Shown in pieces: positions 18,087 to 25,130 of a stretch of DNA of 25,130 bases. Both the position numbers and the translations under genes were made by a program. Each line of letters begins with the position of its first letter. Position 1 is the stretch's first letter. Source of the stretch: a virus (taxonomy: Duplodnaviria; Caudoviricetes); the IMG/VR virus record IMGVR_UViG_3300032272_000068, positions 1 to 25,130 of that record. The stretch is one strand, 5' to 3'. The notes under the pieces were generated by a model that saw only the letters and a program-made list of their open reading frames with translations, did not search any database and was not told the DNA's origin.

Positions 18087-18457
18087 TACCATTATTACCG
18101 TTAATTAAGAAGTTCATTCCACTGAAGGCACTTATTATGGCCTCAGTCGTTATAGGTGTGGGGTTATGTGGGTACTTCTATGGAAAGCAGTCTCAACGTA
18201 TAGAGTATGAGGAAAGTCTCCGTATAGCCGTACAGGAGGCCTTAGAAGCTGAACGTATATTCAATGATCAGAGGGTAGCCTCACTAGAAGAGTTCTACGC
18301 TGATAAATTAAAGAACAATGTAAGGACTATTAAAGAGGTTCAGGAGGTTATAAAGTATGTGGAAAGTGATGCTGGTGCTAGTGAGTGCCTTGATGATACA
18401 GGGATGCAGCTCGTCAACCGTATTATCTCAGAAAACGTGCCCGAGTCTACCAACTGA
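18083..18457 (+). CDS. i-spanin (Rz-like)
   Basis: ATGA overlap with the holin stop; N-terminal TM, coiled coil, C-terminal Cys (ECLDD); overlapped by a lipoprotein gene. Confidence 0.8.
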   Translation: MIPLLPLIKKFIPLKALIMASVVIGVGLCGYFYGKQSQRIEYEESLRIAVQEALEAERIFNDQRVASLEEFYADKLKNNVRTIKEVQEVIKYVESDAGASECLDDTGMQLVNRIISENVPESTN

Positions 18458-18623
18458 ATTGACAGAGAAGGGTAGGACTGAGTTCCCTCCTCTAACAACT
18501 GGGACAGCTGGTGAAGTAGTGGGCTTGATTCAAGACCTATCCACTGCCAACCGTGAGAATGCTGCCAATCATCAGGAAGTAGTGAAACACTACGACTTGT
18601 GTATAAGGCACTTGGAAGACTAA
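18357..18623 (+). CDS. o-spanin (Rz1-like lipoprotein)
   Basis: GGAGG RBS; signal peptide with lipobox IQG-C, Pro-rich segment and further Cys; overlaps the 3' end of the Rz-like gene in another frame. Confidence 0.82.
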   Translation: MWKVMLVLVSALMIQGCSSSTVLSQKTCPSLPTELTEKGRTEFPPLTTGTAGEVVGLIQDLSTANRENAANHQEVVKHYDLCIRHLED

Positions 18624-18647
18624 TCATTGACAACCTCATTGACAACC
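18624..18647. repeat. Perfect tandem 12-bp direct repeat TCATTGACAACC x2 filling the convergence gap
   Basis: TAA|TCATTGACAACC|TCATTGACAACC|TTA, read directly. Confidence 0.95.
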
Positions 18648-18962
18648 TTATTCTTCCTTATCTGGTAGTGGTTTAGCTTCACCCATCACTGACATTACTG
18701 CCTTGCCGACCTCATCATCAAACTTTTCATCAACCGGCAATAGTTCCTCGATTGATTTAGGCTTCAATTCTTTTGGTGGTTCTAGTGGAGCTATGATTGG
18801 ATATATACCGCCATGATTAATAAAGACAGGCGTGTGACCAAAACTAATCCTTTCGAGCCATCCTTTACCTTCCCAAATATAAAACCTTACTGGCTCCCAA
18901 CTCTCGCCCTCGTCTATTTTTGCCCAATAGTAAGAATTGCTTTTTACTCTATACTTATCCAT
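18648..18962 (-). CDS. Hypothetical protein
   Basis: AAGGA RBS; YYWAK...WEPV N-terminus typical of small phage proteins. Confidence 0.7.
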   Translation of the reverse strand: MDKYRVKSNSYYWAKIDEGESWEPVRFYIWEGKGWLERISFGHTPVFINHGGIYPIIAPLEPPKELKPKSIEELLPVDEKFDDEVGKAVMSVMGEAKPLPDKEE

Positions 18963-18964
18963 TG

Positions 18965-19183
18965 CTAATCCTTTTTGATTGGCATTGCAGCTACTTCTTT
19001 AGCTAACTCTAACAATCTACCAGCTAACTCATACTTTGTTACGTAGTCATTTAAAAACTGCGTACTAAATTCCTCATCGCCTACGCGTACAGTTATTCTG
19101 GTTACAGTTGCATTATCTGCATGCCTAGATGTTTCTTCTAATCTTTCAGTGAAATGTCTTGTAAATATTTCTATCTTGTCCAT
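18965..19183 (-). CDS. Hypothetical protein
   Basis: GGGGAG RBS, tightly packed in the operon. Confidence 0.7.
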   Translation of the reverse strand: MDKIEIFTRHFTERLEETSRHADNATVTRITVRVGDEEFSTQFLNDYVTKYELAGRLLELAKEVAAMPIKKD

Positions 19184-19197
19184 TTGCTACTCCCCTT

Positions 19198-19284
19198 TTA
19201 GAATATCAATAAGGTTACCCCAAATACTAATGCAAATATAAAAGCTATTACTATTACTGTTATTTCTATGCTACAACATCTCAT
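19198..19284 (-). CDS. 28-aa single-TM peptide MRCCSIEITVIVIAFIFALVFGVTLLIF (absent from the ORF track)
   Basis: ATGA overlap with the upstream stop, AAGGAG RBS, fills the apparent gap, and its TAA abuts the next RBS. Confidence 0.75.
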   Translation of the reverse strand: MRCCSIEITVIVIAFIFALVFGVTLLIF

Positions 19285-19502
19285 GCTACACTCTCCTTTT
19301 GTATATTATCATCTTCTACCGCTATTCTAGCGACCTCACTTAGCTTAAACCAAGTGTTACTACCGTCCTCTCTGAACAGGTACAGCTTCCCTCTACTTAC
19401 ATGGAACTGAACTATATCTGTCTTCTTTACCCACTGATCACTATTAGGGTGTCTGTGAGTCCACGGTATATCCTGCCTTATCGCTCTGATATAGACTACC
19501 AT
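19281..19502 (-). CDS. Hypothetical protein
   Basis: TAATG-coupled to the upstream ORF. Confidence 0.7.
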   Translation of the reverse strand: MVVYIRAIRQDIPWTHRHPNSDQWVKKTDIVQFHVSRGKLYLFREDGSNTWFKLSEVARIAVEDDNIQKESVA

Positions 19503-19711
19503 TAGTGATCTCTCACATTAATGAAGTACCTGTGCTCTACAGGAGGCTGCATAACACCATCCCCATCTTCCCATTCTTCCCCTTCATGGTCATAAAAATG
19601 CAAATGACCTTCATCATCTACTGATACAGTGTGTGACCAAATTACACCAGCATGTACCCACATCTCTACCCATTGACCTTTCATTGGTCGTTTCTTAATC
19701 TCTACCATCAT
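19502..19711 (-). CDS. Hypothetical protein (likely start 19711)
   Basis: ATGA overlap with the nrdB stop gives MMVEIKKRPMKGQW... Confidence 0.65.
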   Translation of the reverse strand: MMVEIKKRPMKGQWVEMWVHAGVIWSHTVSVDDEGHLHFYDHEGEEWEDGDGVMQPPVEHRYFINVRDH

Positions 19712-20667
19712 GTATCCCACCCCCATTCACCAGTCATACCTTTGGCGGTATAATCTGCGTTTCGTTGTTCAAAGAAATTATTAAAGCTATCTCCATCAAT
19801 TACCCAATCTAACCAGCGTAATGGATTCTTTCTTACGTGCCAGTTACTCTTCAGGCCTAGTTGGATCAAGCGTCTGTCTGCAAGGAACCTTACGTACTGC
19901 TTATAGTCGTCAGGACCATGCCCATTTATTGGCTTACCATCAGGGAAAGCCCCCTCAATTACCTTGTCTTCTAGTTTTACTTCCTCCCTGAACATGTCGT
20001 AGATCCTACCCTTGAACTCATCATTTACAATGCGTGGGTGCTCCTCACAGTATACTCTAAAGAGCTTTAGCATGCCTTGACAATGCATAGACTCGTCACG
20101 TACTGACCACTCTACTATCTTGTTAGTGCCTAGTAGCTTCTGGTGCTGCTGGAAGTTAAGTAGCATAGCGAACGCTGAGAACAGCCCCACTCCCTCATTG
20201 ATAACACTCTGTACTAACCCTAGTGCCTTACCTGTCTGCGTGTGAGAGTCTACGTTACCCATAAACTCCACCTTATTCTTCATCTCCTTGTAATCAAGGA
20301 ACGCTGAATACTCTGCCTCATCTAGACCTAGTGTGTCATTCAGTAGAGCATAGGCTCTTTGGTGTACAAACTCCCTGTTAGCAAACGAGGTGAGCATAGC
20401 ACGTACTTCGTTGTTCCTGAACTCTGGTATGTAGTGCTCTAGGTAGTTAGTACCTACTGCCACATCAGACTGAGTGAAGAGACGTAAGATTTGTGTTACG
20501 TGCTCCTTTTCAGCTGGTGTGATGATACCCCTCTTCCATTGATCTACGTCATCCTGCAGGGATACCTCCCACTCACCCCAGTGAGATTGCTCGTGCTTGA
20601 CTGCAATATCCATTGCCCATTGATACTGGAACGGTTTATATGTAACACTGTTTTCTAGTAAACTCAT
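19708..20667 (-). CDS. nrdB: Ribonucleotide reductase class Ia beta subunit
   Basis: YKPFQYQWA, LFTQSDVAVG, REFVHQRAY (metal ligands and radical Tyr), EGVGLFSAF, RDESMH, C-terminal NFFEQRNADY. Confidence 0.95.
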   Translation of the reverse strand: MSLLENSVTYKPFQYQWAMDIAVKHEQSHWGEWEVSLQDDVDQWKRGIITPAEKEHVTQILRLFTQSDVAVGTNYLEHYIPEFRNNEVRAMLTSFANREFVHQRAYALLNDTLGLDEAEYSAFLDYKEMKNKVEFMGNVDSHTQTGKALGLVQSVINEGVGLFSAFAMLLNFQQHQKLLGTNKIVEWSVRDESMHCQGMLKLFRVYCEEHPRIVNDEFKGRIYDMFREEVKLEDKVIEGAFPDGKPINGHGPDDYKQYVRFLADRRLIQLGLKSNWHVRKNPLRWLDWVIDGDSFNNFFEQRNADYTAKGMTGEWGWDT

Positions 20668-20670
20668 TAT

Positions 20671-22404
20671 CTACCCCTCACATCCTAAACATTCATCGAA
20701 ATCAGACAATGGCTGACGCTCCACTTGTAGACCTACCTTGTCCTCATTCTCAAACGCCTCTGTGCGTAAGTAATAAAGACCTTTCAGTCCTCCCTTCCAT
20801 GCTCTGTACACAGTAGACAATACTACTGATCTATTCACACCCTCTGGGTGGAATACATTAACACTCTGTCCTTGGCAGATCCATATTTGTCTATCAATAG
20901 CATGTTGTACAACCCAATGCTGATCTAACTCGAATGCAGTCTTAAAGATGTCCTTGTGGTCCTGACTCATCCACTTAAAGTGCTGTACAGATCCCTTGTT
21001 GTTAATAATACTATCCCACGTATCATCACAGTTCTCACCATACTCTTCTTCTAGTACCTCTTCAAGGAATTTATTCTTGATCAGGTGACTGCCTACACGA
21101 GTACGATGTACAAAAGCATTAGACTTCAAAGGCTCTATACTAGGTGATGTGTTACACAGTATAGAACTATTTGCGTTCGGTGCTATAGCTAACAAGTGAG
21201 CGTTGCGTACGTACAAGCCCTTTAAATCCTCTGGTACACCACGTTCCTTAGCCATCTCATAAGAAGCCACCAGTGCCTCAGTCTTTATGTGTCTAAACAT
21301 AGCCTTGTTAACTATCTGTGCTGATATACTCTCCCATGGTAGGTTATTCTTCTGCAGGTAGTAATGGAATCCCATTGCTCCTAGGCCTAGTGATCTCTCT
21401 CGCTCTGCAGAGTACACTGCTTTTCTTAAAGCATCAGGTGCATGATCGATGAAGAACTGAAGCACATTATCGAGAAACCTGATAATATCGCGAACCATTT
21501 TTGTGTCTTTCCATTCATCGTAGTATTCGAGATTAACGGAGCTAAGGCAACAAACAGCAGTACGATTGATATCTGTAGCAAGATGTATTTCGTTACATAG
21601 ATTGCTTCCATAAATTTTTAATCCTAAGTCTTTTTGTGTTTGTGGTAACCCACGGTTAGCGGCATCAATGAAGTTAATGTATGGTCCACCTGTACGATAC
21701 CGCACCTCACAGATAGTCTCTATCAAAATACGTGCCTTGATAGTCATCACTACTTCTTTGGTATCAGGATCTATAAGATCCCAGTTACCATTAACTAATC
21801 CAGCTCCCATCAAAGCATCTGATACGTTGACTGCATTAAACAAATTGAAACACTTACGATCAATGTCTCCACCTGAGGGCATCTTAAAGTTAATAAACTC
21901 TATGATGTCAGGGTGATGATCATTCAAGTACGCAGCATACGATCCCTTACGTGTACTACCTTGCTTGTAGGCAACCATCTGTGCATCTGTTACCCTTAGA
22001 AAAGGTATAGGGCCGGGTGCCTTGTCAGACACAGAGCGTACCTCTTCCCAGTGTCCTCCTACACCTCCTCCCATGACAGATAGCCATGCTACCTCTTCCA
22101 TATGCTCTATCAGACTCTCTAGTGTGTCGTCTACATATGTTAGGAAGCAGGAGATAGGCATGCCCTTAGGCTTCTCTCCTTTAGCAGGTGCATTAGATAG
22201 TGGAGGAGAGCTTGACATCATCCATTGCTTACTGATGTAACCGTACATACGCTTACCTAACTCTTCATCACCTCCGTTGAACGCTTCACACATACGTGCA
22301 AAAGTTTTCTGTGGTGACTCTCCGTTCTTACAGTAAAACTTGTCTAGCATCGCCCTGCCCTGCTCTGTTAGCAAGGCGTTACGACTATCATCAGTTCTAA
22401 TCAT
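20671..22404 (-). CDS. nrdA: Ribonucleotide reductase class Ia alpha subunit, short form without ATP cone
   Basis: ESPQ, PISCFL, GGGVG, QGSTRKGSYAAYL, SNLCNEI, AIAPNANSS, CQGQSVN, LYYLR, C-terminal CxxC (ECLGCEG). Confidence 0.95.
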   Translation of the reverse strand: MIRTDDSRNALLTEQGRAMLDKFYCKNGESPQKTFARMCEAFNGGDEELGKRMYGYISKQWMMSSSPPLSNAPAKGEKPKGMPISCFLTYVDDTLESLIEHMEEVAWLSVMGGGVGGHWEEVRSVSDKAPGPIPFLRVTDAQMVAYKQGSTRKGSYAAYLNDHHPDIIEFINFKMPSGGDIDRKCFNLFNAVNVSDALMGAGLVNGNWDLIDPDTKEVVMTIKARILIETICEVRYRTGGPYINFIDAANRGLPQTQKDLGLKIYGSNLCNEIHLATDINRTAVCCLSSVNLEYYDEWKDTKMVRDIIRFLDNVLQFFIDHAPDALRKAVYSAERERSLGLGAMGFHYYLQKNNLPWESISAQIVNKAMFRHIKTEALVASYEMAKERGVPEDLKGLYVRNAHLLAIAPNANSSILCNTSPSIEPLKSNAFVHRTRVGSHLIKNKFLEEVLEEEYGENCDDTWDSIINNKGSVQHFKWMSQDHKDIFKTAFELDQHWVVQHAIDRQIWICQGQSVNVFHPEGVNRSVVLSTVYRAWKGGLKGLYYLRTEAFENEDKVGLQVERQPLSDFDECLGCEG

Positions 22405-22409
22405 CTAAT

Positions 22410-22658
22410 TTATCCTTGTGGTTGTACTCTTGAAGACATAATACCCATTAACTGACGTGCGAAGTCAATCATAGCAGGTGCTTCTACTAAAAACTCTTCA
22501 GGCTCCTCGTCTCCTCTCTTTAATCTAAGTGACATCTTCTGTGACTCATCATCTAAGTGAAAGCAGACTGCTGTAGTAATAGCCATAGGCTTCTCTGCGT
22601 CCTTGTCAATCTTACTTGACTCGTGTAATCTGTAACTAAATTTCATTCCTGTTGCCAT
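22410..22658 (-). CDS. Hypothetical protein
   Basis: AGGAG RBS, operon packing. Confidence 0.7.
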   Translation of the reverse strand: MATGMKFSYRLHESSKIDKDAEKPMAITTAVCFHLDDESQKMSLRLKRGDEEPEEFLVEAPAMIDFARQLMGIMSSRVQPQG

Positions 22659-22661
22659 ATC

Positions 22662-23099
22662 TTACTCCTTTGCTAAGTATCGTGGGTCAATGTACCAAAT
22701 AGTATTCGGCTGGTCATCCCTTATTTTTACGTATTCATTCTCATCCCATAGTACCATGTAACTTACGGGATCTGTTATCATTTTTATTGTACCAGTAGCT
22801 CCTTCCTCTACATAGGGCTTGTCCTCTTTAATGCAGATAACTCTGTCACCTACCTTAAGATCAGTAAGGTCTATTGGTTCCATGTCAGGTATGTCTGCCT
22901 CAAAGTCAAATACAGGTTCTGCAAATGAATGAAGCTCTTCCCCATTAAGTAGCTTACTATTAAATGCAGCCCATCTCTCATTATACTCGTTTACTGCGTC
23001 ATCTGCAAACTCTGCAGCCTCCGTTGCAGATTTATCTGGTAGGGTTAGTTGATTAACAAACACTGATGTCCATATCATCTGCCCGTCTAGTGTCTTCAT
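22662..23099 (-). CDS. Hypothetical two-part protein with C-terminal SH3/KOW-like domain
   Basis: ATGA overlap and AGGAG RBS; LKVGDRV...G..GTI...Y.V.WD...W.I...L. Confidence 0.65.
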   Translation of the reverse strand: MKTLDGQMIWTSVFVNQLTLPDKSATEAAEFADDAVNEYNERWAAFNSKLLNGEELHSFAEPVFDFEADIPDMEPIDLTDLKVGDRVICIKEDKPYVEEGATGTIKMITDPVSYMVLWDENEYVKIRDDQPNTIWYIDPRYLAKE

Positions 23100-23854
23100 A
23101 ATACTCTCCTTCTATGCTCTTTCTTGTTTGGTCCTCTCATCCACTTACCACATGACTTACAAGTATAACGCTCGTAGCCTGTAGTCTGATTAGGTACTAC
23201 ACCTCTATGTTGATGTGGTCCTTCATGCCCACAACCTACACAAGGGTCGTTAATGTCTTCAATAATGTTGTACCAGTTATATGTAATATCTGGCTCGATT
23301 ACTTTAAATACATCTCTTAAAACTTCTACATCCATCTTGTTATACTTCACCATCTTAGCGAATGATGCATCACAGTTCTCGTTATCTTCCATGATGTCAA
23401 CCCACCACTGATAGTCTGACTTAATCTTACGTCCTACTCCAAAGTACTTAGCAACGTAGTCTAATCTAAACGAGTTCATGTTGTATTTACTCTTGACTAC
23501 CTTGTATGTATCAATGCTACGCTTAGGTCCAATTGTATCATACCCATGGTATCTTAGTCTAGCGTTAATCCAAGGGATATCAAACTTATCTCCGTTATGG
23601 TGTACTAGTATTGTGCTATCCTCTACTGCCTCTGCTAATTTCTTTACAATTAATGAGTCATCTATAACTCCATTATCCCATAAAATTAAGTCATCTGCAA
23701 CCTCTATTTTACCATCATCGTGTGCCCACGCAGCACAAATCATTGCACGTTCGCGGCTGATGTTGTTAGGCTGGATGCTAATCTTATATCCACACCTCCA
23801 GAAGTAACCCTCATTAGGGGTAGTCTCTATATCCAAATATGTTAGTTTACTCAT
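23096..23854 (-). CDS. DnaQ/RNase H-like 3'-5' exonuclease with C-terminal zinc ribbon
   Basis: ExoI LDIET, ExoII HNGDKFD, ExoIII YNKMDV; SFRLDYVAKYFG; CVGC...CKSC. Confidence 0.85.
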   Translation of the reverse strand: MSKLTYLDIETTPNEGYFWRCGYKISIQPNNISRERAMICAAWAHDDGKIEVADDLILWDNGVIDDSLIVKKLAEAVEDSTILVHHNGDKFDIPWINARLRYHGYDTIGPKRSIDTYKVVKSKYNMNSFRLDYVAKYFGVGRKIKSDYQWWVDIMEDNENCDASFAKMVKYNKMDVEVLRDVFKVIEPDITYNWYNIIEDINDPCVGCGHEGPHQHRGVVPNQTTGYERYTCKSCGKWMRGPNKKEHRRRVL

Positions 23855-24063
23855 TAATGTATCTCCGGTTTGTATAATCTTAGTACTACACTATCTATTA
23901 TGATCTCTTTGTCTTCAGATGTTAAGTGATCGCTGTCTCTAATACCAGCGTACACTTGGCCGATCCCTGCTTTCTTACATAAGACCACGGCTGCATCAAT
24001 TGCTGCCAATAGATCATTACGTCCTAGCTCTACTATTTGACTTTCCTTATCCCCTTTAACCAT
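23854..24063 (-). CDS. Hypothetical protein
   Basis: Fills the gap and is TAATG-coupled to the exonuclease gene. Confidence 0.6.
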   Translation of the reverse strand: MVKGDKESQIVELGRNDLLAAIDAAVVLCKKAGIGQVYAGIRDSDHLTSEDKEIIIDSVVLRLYKPEIH

Positions 24064-24491
24064 TCTGGTGGTATCTCCTCAACGCAACACTGGTATCCCT
24101 TCTGTCTGCACCAGTCACTGTAGCGTGTAGCATGTTTTTTAGTTAGCCAGTTGTCCCTCTCGAACACCATCCTGACATCTATTTCTGTTGACTTTTTGAT
24201 AGCAAGCATCTTACGCCTCTGCTCCATATCAAACTTGCCTTTATCTTCCAAGTAAGTAATACCTCCATCAATGCGAGGCAAAACGAAATCAGGGTTATAA
24301 GTACGATTAATCCGAATGTCCACCGAATTGCAATCCAAACAGATACCATTAGCAGACTGCTGATAATCAATATAGTCACGTTCGTAATACCATTCAACAC
24401 CTGCCTTTACTAATTGTTCTGCTGTTCTTAACTCTAACCCTGACTTAAATGTATACCCATACTTAGTAAGATCGATCTTCTTCCTTGACAT
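24033..24491 (-). CDS. T7 gp3-like endonuclease I (Holliday-junction resolvase)
   Basis: FKSGLE, YE, YNPDF, ExKG, DVRMVF, Y.DWC...G, IP.EW, colinear with T7 endonuclease I. Confidence 0.88.
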   Translation of the reverse strand: MSRKKIDLTKYGYTFKSGLELRTAEQLVKAGVEWYYERDYIDYQQSANGICLDCNSVDIRINRTYNPDFVLPRIDGGITYLEDKGKFDMEQRRKMLAIKKSTEIDVRMVFERDNWLTKKHATRYSDWCRQKGYQCCVEEIPPEWLKGIRKVK

Positions 24492-25128
24492 ACTTATCTA
24501 TCTCCTTGTGTGTACGTAGTAGGTATACTAACTGGTAAATCTCATCTGCGTACTCCCTATAGTTATAGTTCTCCATTATATACTTAGTAATAGGCTTAAC
24601 CTTCTTGTCTTCGTTTAATTTCTTATTTGTTTTTTCAAACCATTCAGCATACTGATCGTATCTCCACTCGGAGAAGTTCAGTACTTTAGTAGAGGCAGTG
24701 ATAGCTTCTACAAGTTTCTTCTCTGCACCCTCTTTACTGACACCCTCTATGCCATAGATGTTATCTGTCATGTCACCTGATACTGCTTGTGACCACAGAT
24801 TTAACTTGGCTTGCTTAGGTGTAATGAACTCCCAGTCTGGTACACCAGCTTTACGCTTATCTTCTGGTCTGAAGTCAAAGAACACTCCGGGTACTTGCAT
24901 CAAGTCTTTATCAATAGATGCCAGCACTAATCCGTTACGCCTTAAAGCCTCTTCAGGATTCATCTTATCTCTAGCCCAGTCCCACGCTCTTGTCTGCTCA
25001 ATAGCTAAGTAGTCATCGACCTCGATGCCATCAATCTCTACGGCATCATAACGCTCGATCATATACTTAGTGAGTGCATCAAAGTGTGTTGGTCTACCCA
25101 TACCATACTTCTTAGGGTACTGCTCGAA
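24463..25128 (-). CDS. T7 gp6-like 5'-3' exonuclease (flap endonuclease), N-terminus outside the window
   Basis: EVDD, SIDKDLMQVPG, GDMTDNIYGIEGV; frame open to the window edge (...FEQYPKKYGMGRPTH). Confidence 0.88.
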   Translation of the reverse strand, partial: FEQYPKKYGMGRPTHFDALTKYMIERYDAVEIDGIEVDDYLAIEQTRAWDWARDKMNPEEALRRNGLVLASIDKDLMQVPGVFFDFRPEDKRKAGVPDWEFITPKQAKLNLWSQAVSGDMTDNIYGIEGVSKEGAEKKLVEAITASTKVLNFSEWRYDQYAEWFEKTNKKLNEDKKVKPITKYIMENYNYREYADEIYQLVYLLRTHKEIDKYVKEEDRSY

Positions 25129-25130
25129 GT

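Noticed and set aside
18624-18647. Mini CRISPR array or att core
   Set aside because: Two abutting 12-bp units without a spacer; no cas or integrase gene in the window.
21421-21670. Patch of nrdA that looks CpG-richer (possible recombination tract)
   Set aside because: An impression only; it cannot be supported without codon statistics or homologue alignments.
19708-22404. Intron, intein or homing endonuclease in nrdA/nrdB
   Set aside because: Both ORFs are continuous and compact with all motifs in order.
21426-25012. Alternate ORFs within nrdA and the nucleases (21426, 21668, 22022, 23478, 24179, 24758)
   Set aside because: Nested in conserved enzymes with no independent support.

Overview
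A gene-dense fragment of a tailed dsDNA phage, probably a lytic podovirus of a Gram-negative host (overlapping i-/o-spanin pair). Two arms converge at about 18635. The + arm (1-18623) carries the major capsid C-terminus, head accessory genes, a 5.6-kb cassette of unusual genes (coiled coil, sulfotransferase-like protein, Ser/Thr-rich protein, 804-aa acidic repeat protein), P22 gp4/gp10-like tail proteins, two C1q/TNF-like paralogues, three ejection proteins and a lysis cassette. The - arm (18648-25130) carries a T7 gp6-like 5'-3' exonuclease, a T7 gp3-like endonuclease I, a DnaQ/RNase H-like exonuclease, class Ia RNR (nrdA, nrdB) and small ORFans. Main observations: the head-tail cassette; apparent absence of CCWGG, with every Pro-Gly pair found coded CCS-GG; a convergence gap made only of a 12-bp tandem repeat; an unannotated 28-aa membrane peptide; a CxxC insertion in the endonuclease I bridge; a probable internal start in the gp7-like gene. 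I saw no tRNA, CRISPR, integrase, reverse transcriptase, intron or intein. All family assignments come from motif recognition by eye; no searches were run.
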